This document shows, in pieces, positions 1 through 8,621 of a DNA stretch of 64,000 nt. The notes beneath the pieces were generated by a model. The model saw only the letters and a list, made by a program, of their open reading frames with translations, searched no databases and was not told where the DNA came from. Location of the stretch: assembly GCA_964389675.1 (NCBI GenBank), contig CAYMEV010000002.1:1-64000 (forward strand), written 5' to 3'. Origin of the DNA: an uncultured Candidatus Sumerlaeota bacterium (GTDB taxonomy: Bacteria; CAYMEV01). Position numbers and translations under genes: made by a program. Numbering within the stretch: the stretch's first letter is position 1; every line of letters begins with the position of its first letter.

Positions 1-2430
1 TCTTATAAGAAAAGACGGGTCATCCTTCATCATGAGCAGTATCATTCTGCTTTTTTCAGTATTTTGCTGTTTCAGGCTTCGGGCTGTGATCAGCCTTATT
101 TTCTCAGACGGATTATTAATATAGTTTTTTAATATATTGGATGCTCTATCTGTTTTAATGCTTCCAAGGGCTGATATTACTGTGTAAGTATAAGACTCAT
201 CTTCTAAAAATGGTTCAATTATCTCAGTAAGATTCGGATACTCCAGTTTTGCAAGGAATCCAAGAGATGTTTTCACAACCCGGCTGTCATTGCTTTTTAT
301 ATTTTTTAGAAGGTATTTTAATGAGATTTCCCTGTTATTTCCTATGAAATGATCAATAGCCCTGTATTCCAGCCCTGTGGGGCTGGCAAGCCTGTTTTCA
401 AAAATATACTCAGCTGATTCATCCGGAGTTGAATTCAGCCTTTCCCTTGCATATTTTACCCTCTCTATATTCTCCCCCACTTCCCATTCTGAGGCTATAT
501 TAAAAAGCTCTTCCACTGAATTCACGCTGTCTATCTCAGATCTGTCAAATGCCATGGTATCTGCTTTCCTGTCAGCGTAATCTTCTTTTTGAGCTGAAGG
601 TATGTCAATTCCCAGGCCGAGATAACCATTAGCCCAGGAATCATTATTATTAATATGTGAGGGGTATATGTCATCTCCATTATAGTCCATGAATATTCCG
701 ATACTTCCTGATTCTCTGGACAGGTTTGCATATCCGTAGTTAGTCCTGCTGTTTCTCTCATACTGGTCATTTCCTGACCTTTCAATGAATATTCCGACGG
801 AATTGTTTATTCCCATGCCATTACCGCCATCTATTGAGTAAAAGTCATCACCTTCATCGTCTATAAAAAAACCCACGGCAAAATCATGGCCTGCGCCGTG
901 TCCAGGGCCATAACGGCTGAAATACCTGTCGTCCCCAGCCCTGTTGTATAGAAGGCCTGCTGCAAGATGTATTCCGCTGCCCTGTGCATACTGTACGGCA
1001 TTAAAAAAATCATTCCCCTCAAGGTCAATATGCATCCCAAGGCTGTACCAGTAAGCAGTCCCCTGGCAATATACACCGCCCTGATAGGTATCATTGCCCT
1101 TTTGATCGAACAGTACCCCTGTTCCCCCTCCCCAGTCAGGCCTCAGGCCGAAGCCGAACCCCTGTGACATTGTAAGGAAATCATCAGGCCTTAAAGGGCT
1201 GTGAAAGTATTTTGCTCCTGAATAGTACAGGTCATGCCCTGAACGGTCTATCAGGATCCCTGTCCCCCTGGGTCCTCCAAAGCCCTGGCACATCGAATGG
1301 GAATAGTATATATCATTGCCTGAAATGCTATCAATGATGGAAATCCCGAATGTTCCTGCAGCGAGGGAATATTTCCCCGTTCTGTATGTATCATTCCCGG
1401 ATTGGTCTCTGTGATATTGAAAGCCGAATGATGTGCAGAATGACATGGGTCCTCCATAATATGTATCAGAGCCTTCCATATCAGCAGATATCCCGATTCC
1501 ACCAGTTACACATGCTAATTTGGCAGTTTCCTTATTTTTCCATATATCATCACCCTTCATGTCTATTATCATATAAAAGGGCCTTTCAAAATCTGCTGAG
1601 ATGCTATATAAATGGCTGTCATTACCTGAAGGGTCAAGAAGGAATGAAAAATCCTCTTTATATATATCGTCATTTGATGAACCTATGCCAAATAAGCCAT
1701 ATTCTGTATTCTTTTTTATTACTGTTTCATTTGAGAAGCTTATCTTTTGAAGGTTGCCAGATAAAGCATCATAACCTGCATAAAATACCAGAAATGATCT
1801 TTTAAGGTCCTGCCATACTATTTTATTAATAATTTCATTGAATTCATTAAAATTCATGTTCTCAAAGCTTTTACGCTTTTCATCATCCAAAATATCTGAT
1901 GGTGCTTCTGATAAATCATCAAACCAGATTATGAAGGACAGGTATGTAAGCAGGTCCTTTTCATGAACTGCAAGATTCTTGAAAGCAAGTTCTCTGAAAT
2001 GGGATGATTTTCCAAATACCTCCTCAATATAATTGAATATATCTTCCTCCTTTATATTTTCCCTGCTGAAGAATCTGCTGAAATGGCTGAAGTATTCATT
2101 ATATATATTTGTTCCGGAACCGTTTCCAATATCCCAGATGAAGTCACTAAGAAAAGAAATCAGCATATAGTTTTCTTCTGACTGTATCAGATCATTCAGA
2201 TTATCTGCCAGTGCCGGCAGTTTTAATGGATTATTGAGAATAGAAATTATAGAATCTGTTTTCAATGTGGTATCACTGCTCCAGTCCTTCAGGAAATCCA
2301 GGGCATCCTTTTTTTCACCGGCGTTCTTAAGAATATTTTCTATCTGATTAATGTCCTGTTCAGATACAATTTCCGATAGAAGATTTGCAGAAAGAAATAA
2401 GAACAGCAGAAATACAGCAATTTTCTTCAT
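1..2430 (-). CDS. Secreted protein with repeated D-x-x-G-(N/D)-D-x-Y motifs and a C-terminal HEAT-like domain (partial, runs off left edge)
   Basis: My translation from ATG at 2430 (MKKIAVFLLFLFLSANLLSE, signal-peptide-like) stays open to position 1. It contains repeated motifs (DPSGND, DMKGDD, DQSGNDTY, DQKGNDTY, DDEGDDFY) and HEAT-like helices (VISALGSIKTDRASNIL...IRLITARSL). It is probably absent from the ORF track because its stop codon lies outside the window. Confidence 0.8.
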   Translation of the reverse strand, partial: MKKIAVFLLFLFLSANLLSEIVSEQDINQIENILKNAGEKKDALDFLKDWSSDTTLKTDSIISILNNPLKLPALADNLNDLIQSEENYMLISFLSDFIWDIGNGSGTNIYNEYFSHFSRFFSRENIKEEDIFNYIEEVFGKSSHFRELAFKNLAVHEKDLLTYLSFIIWFDDLSEAPSDILDDEKRKSFENMNFNEFNEIINKIVWQDLKRSFLVFYAGYDALSGNLQKISFSNETVIKKNTEYGLFGIGSSNDDIYKEDFSFLLDPSGNDSHLYSISADFERPFYMIIDMKGDDIWKNKETAKLACVTGGIGISADMEGSDTYYGGPMSFCTSFGFQYHRDQSGNDTYRTGKYSLAAGTFGISIIDSISGNDIYYSHSMCQGFGGPRGTGILIDRSGHDLYYSGAKYFHSPLRPDDFLTMSQGFGFGLRPDWGGGTGVLFDQKGNDTYQGGVYCQGTAYWYSLGMHIDLEGNDFFNAVQYAQGSGIHLAAGLLYNRAGDDRYFSRYGPGHGAGHDFAVGFFIDDEGDDFYSIDGGNGMGINNSVGIFIERSGNDQYERNSRTNYGYANLSRESGSIGIFMDYNGDDIYPSHINNNDSWANGYLGLGIDIPSAQKEDYADRKADTMAFDRSEIDSVNSVEELFNIASEWEVGENIERVKYARERLNSTPDESAEYIFENRLASPTGLEYRAIDHFIGNNREISLKYLLKNIKSNDSRVVKTSLGFLAKLEYPNLTEIIEPFLEDESYTYTVISALGSIKTDRASNILKNYINNPSEKIRLITARSLKQQNTEKSRMILLMMKDDPSFLIR

Positions 2431-2632
2431 TTTTTACCCCTATATTAAAATAGAATAAAATACTTTTATTAATAATCCCGTTAAAATTAGAGAACCATGA
2501 TCTTTATGAAATCATCCATAAAAGATTATTCATAGTCAATAATAATCTCTATAAATTATATAATGAAAAATTTGGCACAGTAAGAAAAGGAATGAAGCAT
2601 ATCCAGAGCAACCATTAAAGCTCAAAAAAACT

Positions 2633-3658
2633 TCAGGCCATTTCCAAATAAAAAAGGGCAACCGGGTTTTCCTTGCCCCTTAATGCTGTATCCTCAATTG
2701 GTCTTATCCCATAAAGCGCAGAGGGCTGGATCATCTCAAGAGCATCGCCGGAGACTATAAGATCCCGCTTTGTATCCCTGCATATATCCAGCATTCTTGC
2801 TGATGTATTCATTACATCTCCAATATAGGCTATTTCCTTTTTTAACAGGCCCATCTTCCCTGTTACGACTGTTCCTCCATGGAGAGCAGCCCTGAATCCA
2901 GGGATAAAGCCGTATTTCATTTCATAATGGCTGCGCTTTTTATTCAGCCCTGCCTTTATATCAAAATAACATACCAGGGGAGCTGAATTCCTGCCTGCGC
3001 TCTTTTTATCCCATGTGATAATTGCTTCATCCCCCACATATTTATAGATCCGTCCTTTTGCGGAAGTAACAGGTTCTGCCAGATCACTGAAAAAGTCATT
3101 GAGAAGGGACAGGAATCTTTTGTGGCCCAGCTTTTCTGCAATACAAGTGGAGGCCTTCATGTCAAGGAACATAAACACCCTTTTCTCCTCAAAGGGTTGA
3201 TCATATCTGCCTAAAAGTATGCCGGGAAAGATGTTTTTACCAAGGATAGCGTCAAATATCTCATATATCTGGAATAGCAGACTTAAGACAAAACCAAATG
3301 CCAGGCCCTTTGTTATAAGGCCTGATGATTCCTTAATAATACCGTAGAACATGGAAAGGCTTATCCTGAATGAGTTCAATGCCTCAAAGGAAGTAAATAT
3401 GGAGAAAACAATCAGTATCAGGTGAGAGAGTGCACTGATTAATATGGAAAAAAGAAGATTTGAGCGGCGCATCCTTCTCTCAATAAATAATGAAAACAGA
3501 CTGATATAGATATATGCCTGTATTCCTATTAAAAACCCGAAAATGAAATTTGCCCGGCTGATGCCTGCAAGGAGAAGCAAAAAGGCCCCTGATATCAGAC
3601 CTGAAATAAAAATAGAGGCAGAAAGTGTCGCTAATCTTTCTTTCTGCAGGGCGTTCAT
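2633..3658 (-). CDS. Membrane-anchored class III adenylate/guanylate cyclase
   Basis: About four N-terminal TM helices, then FLDMKAST, YKYVGDE and IAYIGDVMNTSARM cyclase motifs. Confidence 0.85.
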   Translation of the reverse strand: MNALQKERLATLSASIFISGLISGAFLLLLAGISRANFIFGFLIGIQAYIYISLFSLFIERRMRRSNLLFSILISALSHLILIVFSIFTSFEALNSFRISLSMFYGIIKESSGLITKGLAFGFVLSLLFQIYEIFDAILGKNIFPGILLGRYDQPFEEKRVFMFLDMKASTCIAEKLGHKRFLSLLNDFFSDLAEPVTSAKGRIYKYVGDEAIITWDKKSAGRNSAPLVCYFDIKAGLNKKRSHYEMKYGFIPGFRAALHGGTVVTGKMGLLKKEIAYIGDVMNTSARMLDICRDTKRDLIVSGDALEMIQPSALYGIRPIEDTALRGKENPVALFYLEMA

Positions 3659-3688
3659 AAAAATATTATATCCTTGCCGGCAGCTTTA

Positions 3689-4213
3689 TCATTCCCTGCT
3701 GTGCTTTTTGAAAAGCATCTGAAATCCTTTTTCCAGAAGAGCTACCAGCAGGATAATCAGGATGGCCAGCATAAATATGGAACTGCCGAAGACCATCCAC
3801 AGCCTGGTCTTGTGAACTGCCAGAAGGAATATAAAAACTATGGCTATTATGGCCATAAGGCCATATATGCGGTCAAAGCCCGGGATATCATCAAAGCAGG
3901 TATTCCCGGATATGATTATCAGCGTAAGTATCATGGATATCAGGGGAAGGACATATATCAGTATATTCTGGTCAAGAAGGTTTTCCCCTGTAAAGAAAAG
4001 AGTATAGAGAGTAATTAATGCTGAGAATATGCCCGGTATGCACACCCAGTATATGATTAAGCTGTAAATATACTTCCAGGGGCTGGTATTGCCATTTCCC
4101 CTGCCGTGCAGCTTACCCAGCACAAAAGAAAGGGCTGGCGGTATTACGAAGAATAGGATCGAGGCCCAGGCAGGCAGCTGAGCCGCCCAGTTTATAAACT
4201 CCCTTGCTGTCAT
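3689..4213 (-). CDS. Hypothetical integral membrane protein
   Basis: 174 aa with about five hydrophobic segments; same strand as and 30 bp from the cyclase gene. Confidence 0.7.
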   Translation of the reverse strand: MTAREFINWAAQLPAWASILFFVIPPALSFVLGKLHGRGNGNTSPWKYIYSLIIYWVCIPGIFSALITLYTLFFTGENLLDQNILIYVLPLISMILTLIIISGNTCFDDIPGFDRIYGLMAIIAIVFIFLLAVHKTRLWMVFGSSIFMLAILIILLVALLEKGFQMLFKKHSRE

Positions 4214-4474
4214 AGGAAATATACCCTCTTTTTGATAACCCAGATTTTAGTTTTTTTTGAGATTAATGTCGAGTAAAAATTTAAGGAAGTGCTTCGAAAC
4301 CATAGATATTACGGACAGCAGGACAGCAGACCGGTGGCCTAAAAGCATCAGGCTAAGACAATGACCCTTATCTGAAGAAAAAAAGCATCACCTGAAAATT
4401 CTAACAATATCTTTTCAGCTTCGTAATAATATTGCATAATAATGTATAGATCATTCAAAAAGAGGTTGGATATT

Positions 4475-6262
4475 ATGAATAATAGATTTTTTTCAGTGCT
4501 TTTGATATTTATTCTATGTATGGGTCTTTCTGGTGTGACTGTTATGAGTTCTTCCGGGACGCAAACCGACCTGGTTGCAGTAAATTCAATGTACCTGGAT
4601 ATAATAGAGAAATACAGGATTGAGCTGTATGACTACTTAAACGATTATATTCTTATAGGTGTCCATGCCAGGGATTACAAGCTCCTTGACTCCCATGGTA
4701 TTGATTACATCATTGCTGACAGGGATATTTTGCAGGGGGAATATTACATAGCCAATACCCGGAAGGCCAGGGATTTAAAAAAGGCCCTTGATGGAATTAA
4801 TATTCTTTTCCGGGATGGGAGCGATATCCTAATAAAAGCTGATTCAAAGCAGGCAGAAAAGCTTGCAGGGTACAGCTTCTGGATCAGAAAGCTGTTTTTA
4901 TCCCCAAAGCCGTACATAACACACTCCCAGGATTACAGCACAACTGAGGTCGTTTATGATCCTGTAATAGAGGGTATTTTAAGCAATGTTACCACAGCAA
5001 TACTCTATGACTACACCGGGGGGCTAAGCGGTGAATGGCCGGTAGAGATAGGCGGTTCAGACTATACCATAACCAGCAGAAATTCTTACTATACGGAAGG
5101 TATCCAAAAGGCTACCCAGTATGCCTATGAATTTTTTGAGGATCTTGGTCTGGAGGTAGAATACCATACTTTCTCAGGGCCTGGCGGCAGGAATGTCATA
5201 GCAAAGCAGACAGGCATATTATATCCGGATTCCTATTATATTATATGTGCTCATATTGACAGCATGCCTTCCGGTTCTGTATCCCCGGGGGCAGATGATA
5301 ATGGCAGCGGCTCTGTGGCAGTTATGCTGGCTGCTGAACTCTTTTCCCAGTACCAGTTTGATTATTCCATCATTTTTGCTTTATGGACAGGTGAGGAACA
5401 GGGGCTTGTAGGAAGCTATTACTATGCCCAGGATGCTTACAATGCAGGAATGGACATACAGGGTGTGGTTAACCTGGATATGATCGCCTGGGATACTGAC
5501 AGCAGTCCTGTTGTCCGTCTGCACGCAAAGCAGAGCCAGATACCTGACACCATGGTTCTGGCAAATACAATGGCTGATGTCATCGATATCTACGACCTGG
5601 ACCTGGTAGCGCAGGTAGTCCCCAACGGCCTCAACTACAGCGACCATGCATCATTCTGGAATTACGGATATTCTGCAATACTCGGCATAGAGGACGATGT
5701 TAATGATTTTAATGACTATTATCATACAACCAATGACAGGCTGGTTCACCTGAACCTTGAATATTTCATGGATTTTACAAAGGCAGCCCTTGGAACGGTT
5801 GCTCATTTTGCAGGAATATCTGCAGACAATGCTGAGGTATACCGCTTTTTCAACACGGCAAGGGGAGGGCATCTGTATACTATCAGTGAGATCGAGAGGG
5901 ATTATATAATGAACAACCTCCCTGAGTGGAGCTATGAAGGGCCCAAGTTCCGTGTATATGAGGAGAATACAGCAGGCAGCAGCCCGACTTACCGATTCTT
6001 CAATACAAGGACAGGAATCCACCTTTATACCATTAGCGAGGCTGAAAGGGATGCTGTTATGCAGCTTCCCCAGTGGAACTATGAGGGTATAAAGTTCTAT
6101 GTTCATGCCGGGCAGGAAACAGGGACTATTCCAGTTTACAGACTATTCAACAGCGTTCGGGGCGGGCATCTCTATACCATCAGCGAACATGAAAGGGATA
6201 CCGTTGCAGCGCTTCCCCAGTGGAACTATGAGGGTATATCCTTTTATGTATTTCCCCTTTAG
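4475..6262 (+). CDS. Secreted M28-family aminopeptidase with C-terminal DUF5648-like repeat domain
   Basis: Signal peptide; AHIDS, PGADDNGSG, GEEQGL, NLDMI, SDH and YHT M28 motifs; three YRFFN..GxHLYT..E....W.YEG repeats. Start placed at MNNRFF after a purine-rich RBS-like sequence (ORF track starts at 4442). Confidence 0.88.
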   Translation: MNNRFFSVLLIFILCMGLSGVTVMSSSGTQTDLVAVNSMYLDIIEKYRIELYDYLNDYILIGVHARDYKLLDSHGIDYIIADRDILQGEYYIANTRKARDLKKALDGINILFRDGSDILIKADSKQAEKLAGYSFWIRKLFLSPKPYITHSQDYSTTEVVYDPVIEGILSNVTTAILYDYTGGLSGEWPVEIGGSDYTITSRNSYYTEGIQKATQYAYEFFEDLGLEVEYHTFSGPGGRNVIAKQTGILYPDSYYIICAHIDSMPSGSVSPGADDNGSGSVAVMLAAELFSQYQFDYSIIFALWTGEEQGLVGSYYYAQDAYNAGMDIQGVVNLDMIAWDTDSSPVVRLHAKQSQIPDTMVLANTMADVIDIYDLDLVAQVVPNGLNYSDHASFWNYGYSAILGIEDDVNDFNDYYHTTNDRLVHLNLEYFMDFTKAALGTVAHFAGISADNAEVYRFFNTARGGHLYTISEIERDYIMNNLPEWSYEGPKFRVYEENTAGSSPTYRFFNTRTGIHLYTISEAERDAVMQLPQWNYEGIKFYVHAGQETGTIPVYRLFNSVRGGHLYTISEHERDTVAALPQWNYEGISFYVFPL

Positions 6263-6298
6263 GAAAGCAAATTCAGGGAAAATATAAACTTAGTAAAT

Positions 6299-6319
6299 CA
6301 AAAAGAACCGTCCCTTTTG
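6299..6319. repeat. Left arm of 21-bp perfect inverted repeat (CAAAAAGAACCGTCCCTTTTG)
   Basis: Exact reverse complement of 8424-8444; followed by a direct duplication of TCCCTTTTGA. Confidence 0.9.
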
Positions 6320-6371
6320 ATCCCTTTTGATTCATTAATTTTGCTAAATGAAATAATTAATGAAATGGGAG

Positions 6372-6394
6372 TGCAGGGGATAAAGCCTCCTGCA
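6372..6394. terminator. Hairpin between convergent genes, possible bidirectional terminator
   Basis: TGCAGGGG-ATAAAGC-CTCCTGCA stem-loop with A/T-rich flanks. Confidence 0.45.
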
Positions 6395-6425
6395 TTAAAA
6401 AGTATCAAATAACAATATATGATCT

Positions 6426-7871
6426 CTATTGCCCACTGCGGACCGGCCAGACACTGTAGCTATCACCCTGGGAGTCCGAGTCCAAAAAACCACTGTTCAG
6501 GATTACATAAAATTTTTCCATCGTTAATGCAAACAAAGTGGAAGATGTCCAGTAGCGGCCTGACTGAACACCTATAAAGGGATAACCATCAGGAATCCCG
6601 GGTGCGCATTTTGAACAGTCATAAAGACTGTAAAGCTCTCGCACGTTGGGGAGACGCCAGTCAACATGGCCTGCATGATTCAGTGTATTACACCAGTCTA
6701 TGGCATCACTCCAGTTTTTTGTACCATCCAGATTGGCATTCTTTGCCCAAATAAGGTGGGTAAGGTTATCTGTTACCGTCCCGTCCCCATTATCAGTAAA
6801 CCTCGGCTCAGGCCATATTACCCCCATCTGATAATAACCGTCATCACCTGTTCTATAAACCTGCACCTGACCTGTTTGCGGTACTGGGGCATTACCATAA
6901 GATATACCACGGACCGGCCAGACATAACATATTTCAGGCTTATTGCGACTATTAATATCGACGCTATTGATAATCACATACCACGCACTATCTGTATTGC
7001 AAGCATAGGTGGTTGACGACCAGTAACTATACTGGACATTGTTAAAGGGATGGCCTCCAGGAAGTCCGGGGTCATACGTACCGTAGTCACAGAGGCTGTT
7101 CATCTCTCTAATATTTGGAAGACGCCAGTCATCATAGCCTGCATCATTCAGTGTATTACACCAGTCTATGGCACCATTCCAGTTTTTCCCACCATCCAGA
7201 TTGGCATTCTTTGTCCACATAAGTCCGGTCAGGTTATCTGTTACCGTCCCATCCCCGTTATCAGTAAACCTCGGCTCAGGCCATACTACCCCCATCTGAT
7301 AATAGCCATCATCACCGTCCCTGAAGGATGTCTTCTGCCATGTCCTCGGTATAGGGGCATCATGGTGGTAAGGGTAAACATAAAAGGCTATCCCCTCATA
7401 GGTCCAGTGTGGAAGCTCCATTACTGCATCTCTCTCTATCTCGCTGATGGTATAAAGATGGCCTCCCCTTACATGGTTGAAAAAGCGATATACTGCTGTA
7501 GTGTTTGCTTCAAAGCCTGCAAATACATAATATTTAATACCCTCATAGTTGTAGTGTGGAAGCTCCATTACTGCATCTCTCTCTGACTCATTTATGGTAT
7601 AGAAATGTATACCTGACCGAGTATTGAAGAATCTGTATACAGCACAGGTGCCTACTACCTGGGTTTCATGCACATTAAATTTTATGCCCTCATAGCTCCA
7701 TTGTGGTAGGTTATTCATTATATTGTCCCTCTCTATCTCTGATATGGTATAGAGATGACCGCCCCTCACTGTATTAAAAAAACGATAAACCGGAACTATA
7801 TTAGCGCTGTAAAGATTACCAACAACAATTAAAAAGAAAACAAATAATCCAAATACAAATAACCTTTTCAT
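6426..7871 (-). CDS. Secreted protein: DUF5648-like repeats + two tandem DUF1566 (Lcl C-terminal, CLec-fold) domains
   Basis: AGGAGG RBS and signal peptide; three YRFFN...HLYT...YEG repeats; two RFTDNGDGTVTDNLT.L.W...DWRLPN..E...YW.S...VWPVR domains. Confidence 0.88.
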   Translation of the reverse strand: MKRLFVFGLFVFFLIVVGNLYSANIVPVYRFFNTVRGGHLYTISEIERDNIMNNLPQWSYEGIKFNVHETQVVGTCAVYRFFNTRSGIHFYTINESERDAVMELPHYNYEGIKYYVFAGFEANTTAVYRFFNHVRGGHLYTISEIERDAVMELPHWTYEGIAFYVYPYHHDAPIPRTWQKTSFRDGDDGYYQMGVVWPEPRFTDNGDGTVTDNLTGLMWTKNANLDGGKNWNGAIDWCNTLNDAGYDDWRLPNIREMNSLCDYGTYDPGLPGGHPFNNVQYSYWSSTTYACNTDSAWYVIINSVDINSRNKPEICYVWPVRGISYGNAPVPQTGQVQVYRTGDDGYYQMGVIWPEPRFTDNGDGTVTDNLTHLIWAKNANLDGTKNWSDAIDWCNTLNHAGHVDWRLPNVRELYSLYDCSKCAPGIPDGYPFIGVQSGRYWTSSTLFALTMEKFYVILNSGFLDSDSQGDSYSVWPVRSGQ

Positions 7872-8109
7872 ATATCCCTCCTATTTAGATTATGCTTTCT
7901 ATTAGATTATTATAAATCTTTATAAACATTGTATCAATTCTCAATAAGAAAGTAAAGGGTGCATTGATATTAAATTAAAAAAACTGGAATAAAATTGCTA
8001 TTCAACTGAATTATTTTAAAACAGATCAGGATATTTGCAGATAGTAAAAATATAATCCATATTATAATGTAGAGCTGATATTTCCAAAAGGTGCATTTTA
8101 GTTTACCAT

Positions 8110-8410
8110 TTGCAGAGAAGCTGGCAATATACTGGATTCTCTGTCCATAATGCTGTAAGGGTATCAGAGGATAACCCCAATGCCTTATCCAGGCTTGCAG
8201 AATATATAGTGCAACATTCTCAGAGAAGTCCCATAATAACAGATCAAAGATGCATCGCAGTAAAAAGAGGAATAATGAAATACTGGATGCTATTGAATTT
8301 CTCCACAGGGTATGTCTGCATATTCCAGATCCCTATGAGTGCCTTATTAGATATTACAGGTACTATTACAATGCCTGCAGGGGCAAAAGAAAAAACAGGG
8401 ACACAAAGAT
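8110..8410 (+). pseudogene. Fragmented IS91-family (Y2/HUH rolling-circle) transposase C-terminus
   Basis: Two frames give W.YTGFSVHNAVRV...LSRLAEYI and DAIEFLHRVCLHIPDP...IRYYRYYYNACRGKRK, which match IS91-type C-terminal motifs; frameshifted and lacking the N-terminus. Confidence 0.7.
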
Positions 8411-8423
8411 AATTAATATGAAG

Positions 8424-8444
8424 CAAAAGGGACGGTTCTTTTTG
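8424..8444. repeat. Right arm of 21-bp perfect inverted repeat (CAAAAGGGACGGTTCTTTTTG)
   Basis: Exact reverse complement of 6299-6319. Confidence 0.9.
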
Positions 8445-8617
8445 CGTCAGCAGGAATGACACAAGTGGGAATAAGCAGGATGTGCGAGCCTTTTGTGTCA
8501 GGAATGACACAAGGGGGAATTAACAAGAAGTGTGAACTTTTTGTGTCGGGAATGACACAAGTGGGAATAAGCAGGATGTGCGAGCTTTTTGTGTCAGGAA
8601 TGACACAAGGGGGAATA
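8441..8617. repeat. Tandem array with 48-bp period; four palindromic cores of consensus TTGTGTCA-GGAA-TGACACAA (REP-like)
   Basis: GGAATGACACAAG starts at 8453, 8501, 8549 and 8597; units alternate A-B-A-B. Confidence 0.92.
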
Positions 8618-8621
8618 TCAA

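Noticed and set aside
1-2430. Stop-codon recoding or a large non-coding gap
   Set aside because: An ordinary minus-strand frame stays open to the window edge, and other genes end normally at TGA, TAA or TAG.
6426-7340. Complete DGR with one DUF1566 copy as template
   Set aside because: Both copies are coding, mismatches are not adenine-specific, and no reverse transcriptase or Avd gene is in the window.
8441-8617. Mini CRISPR array
   Set aside because: Linkers are only about 18 bp, linkers 1 and 3 are near-identical and linker 2 is related to them; no cas genes are in the window. It is a tandem repeat.
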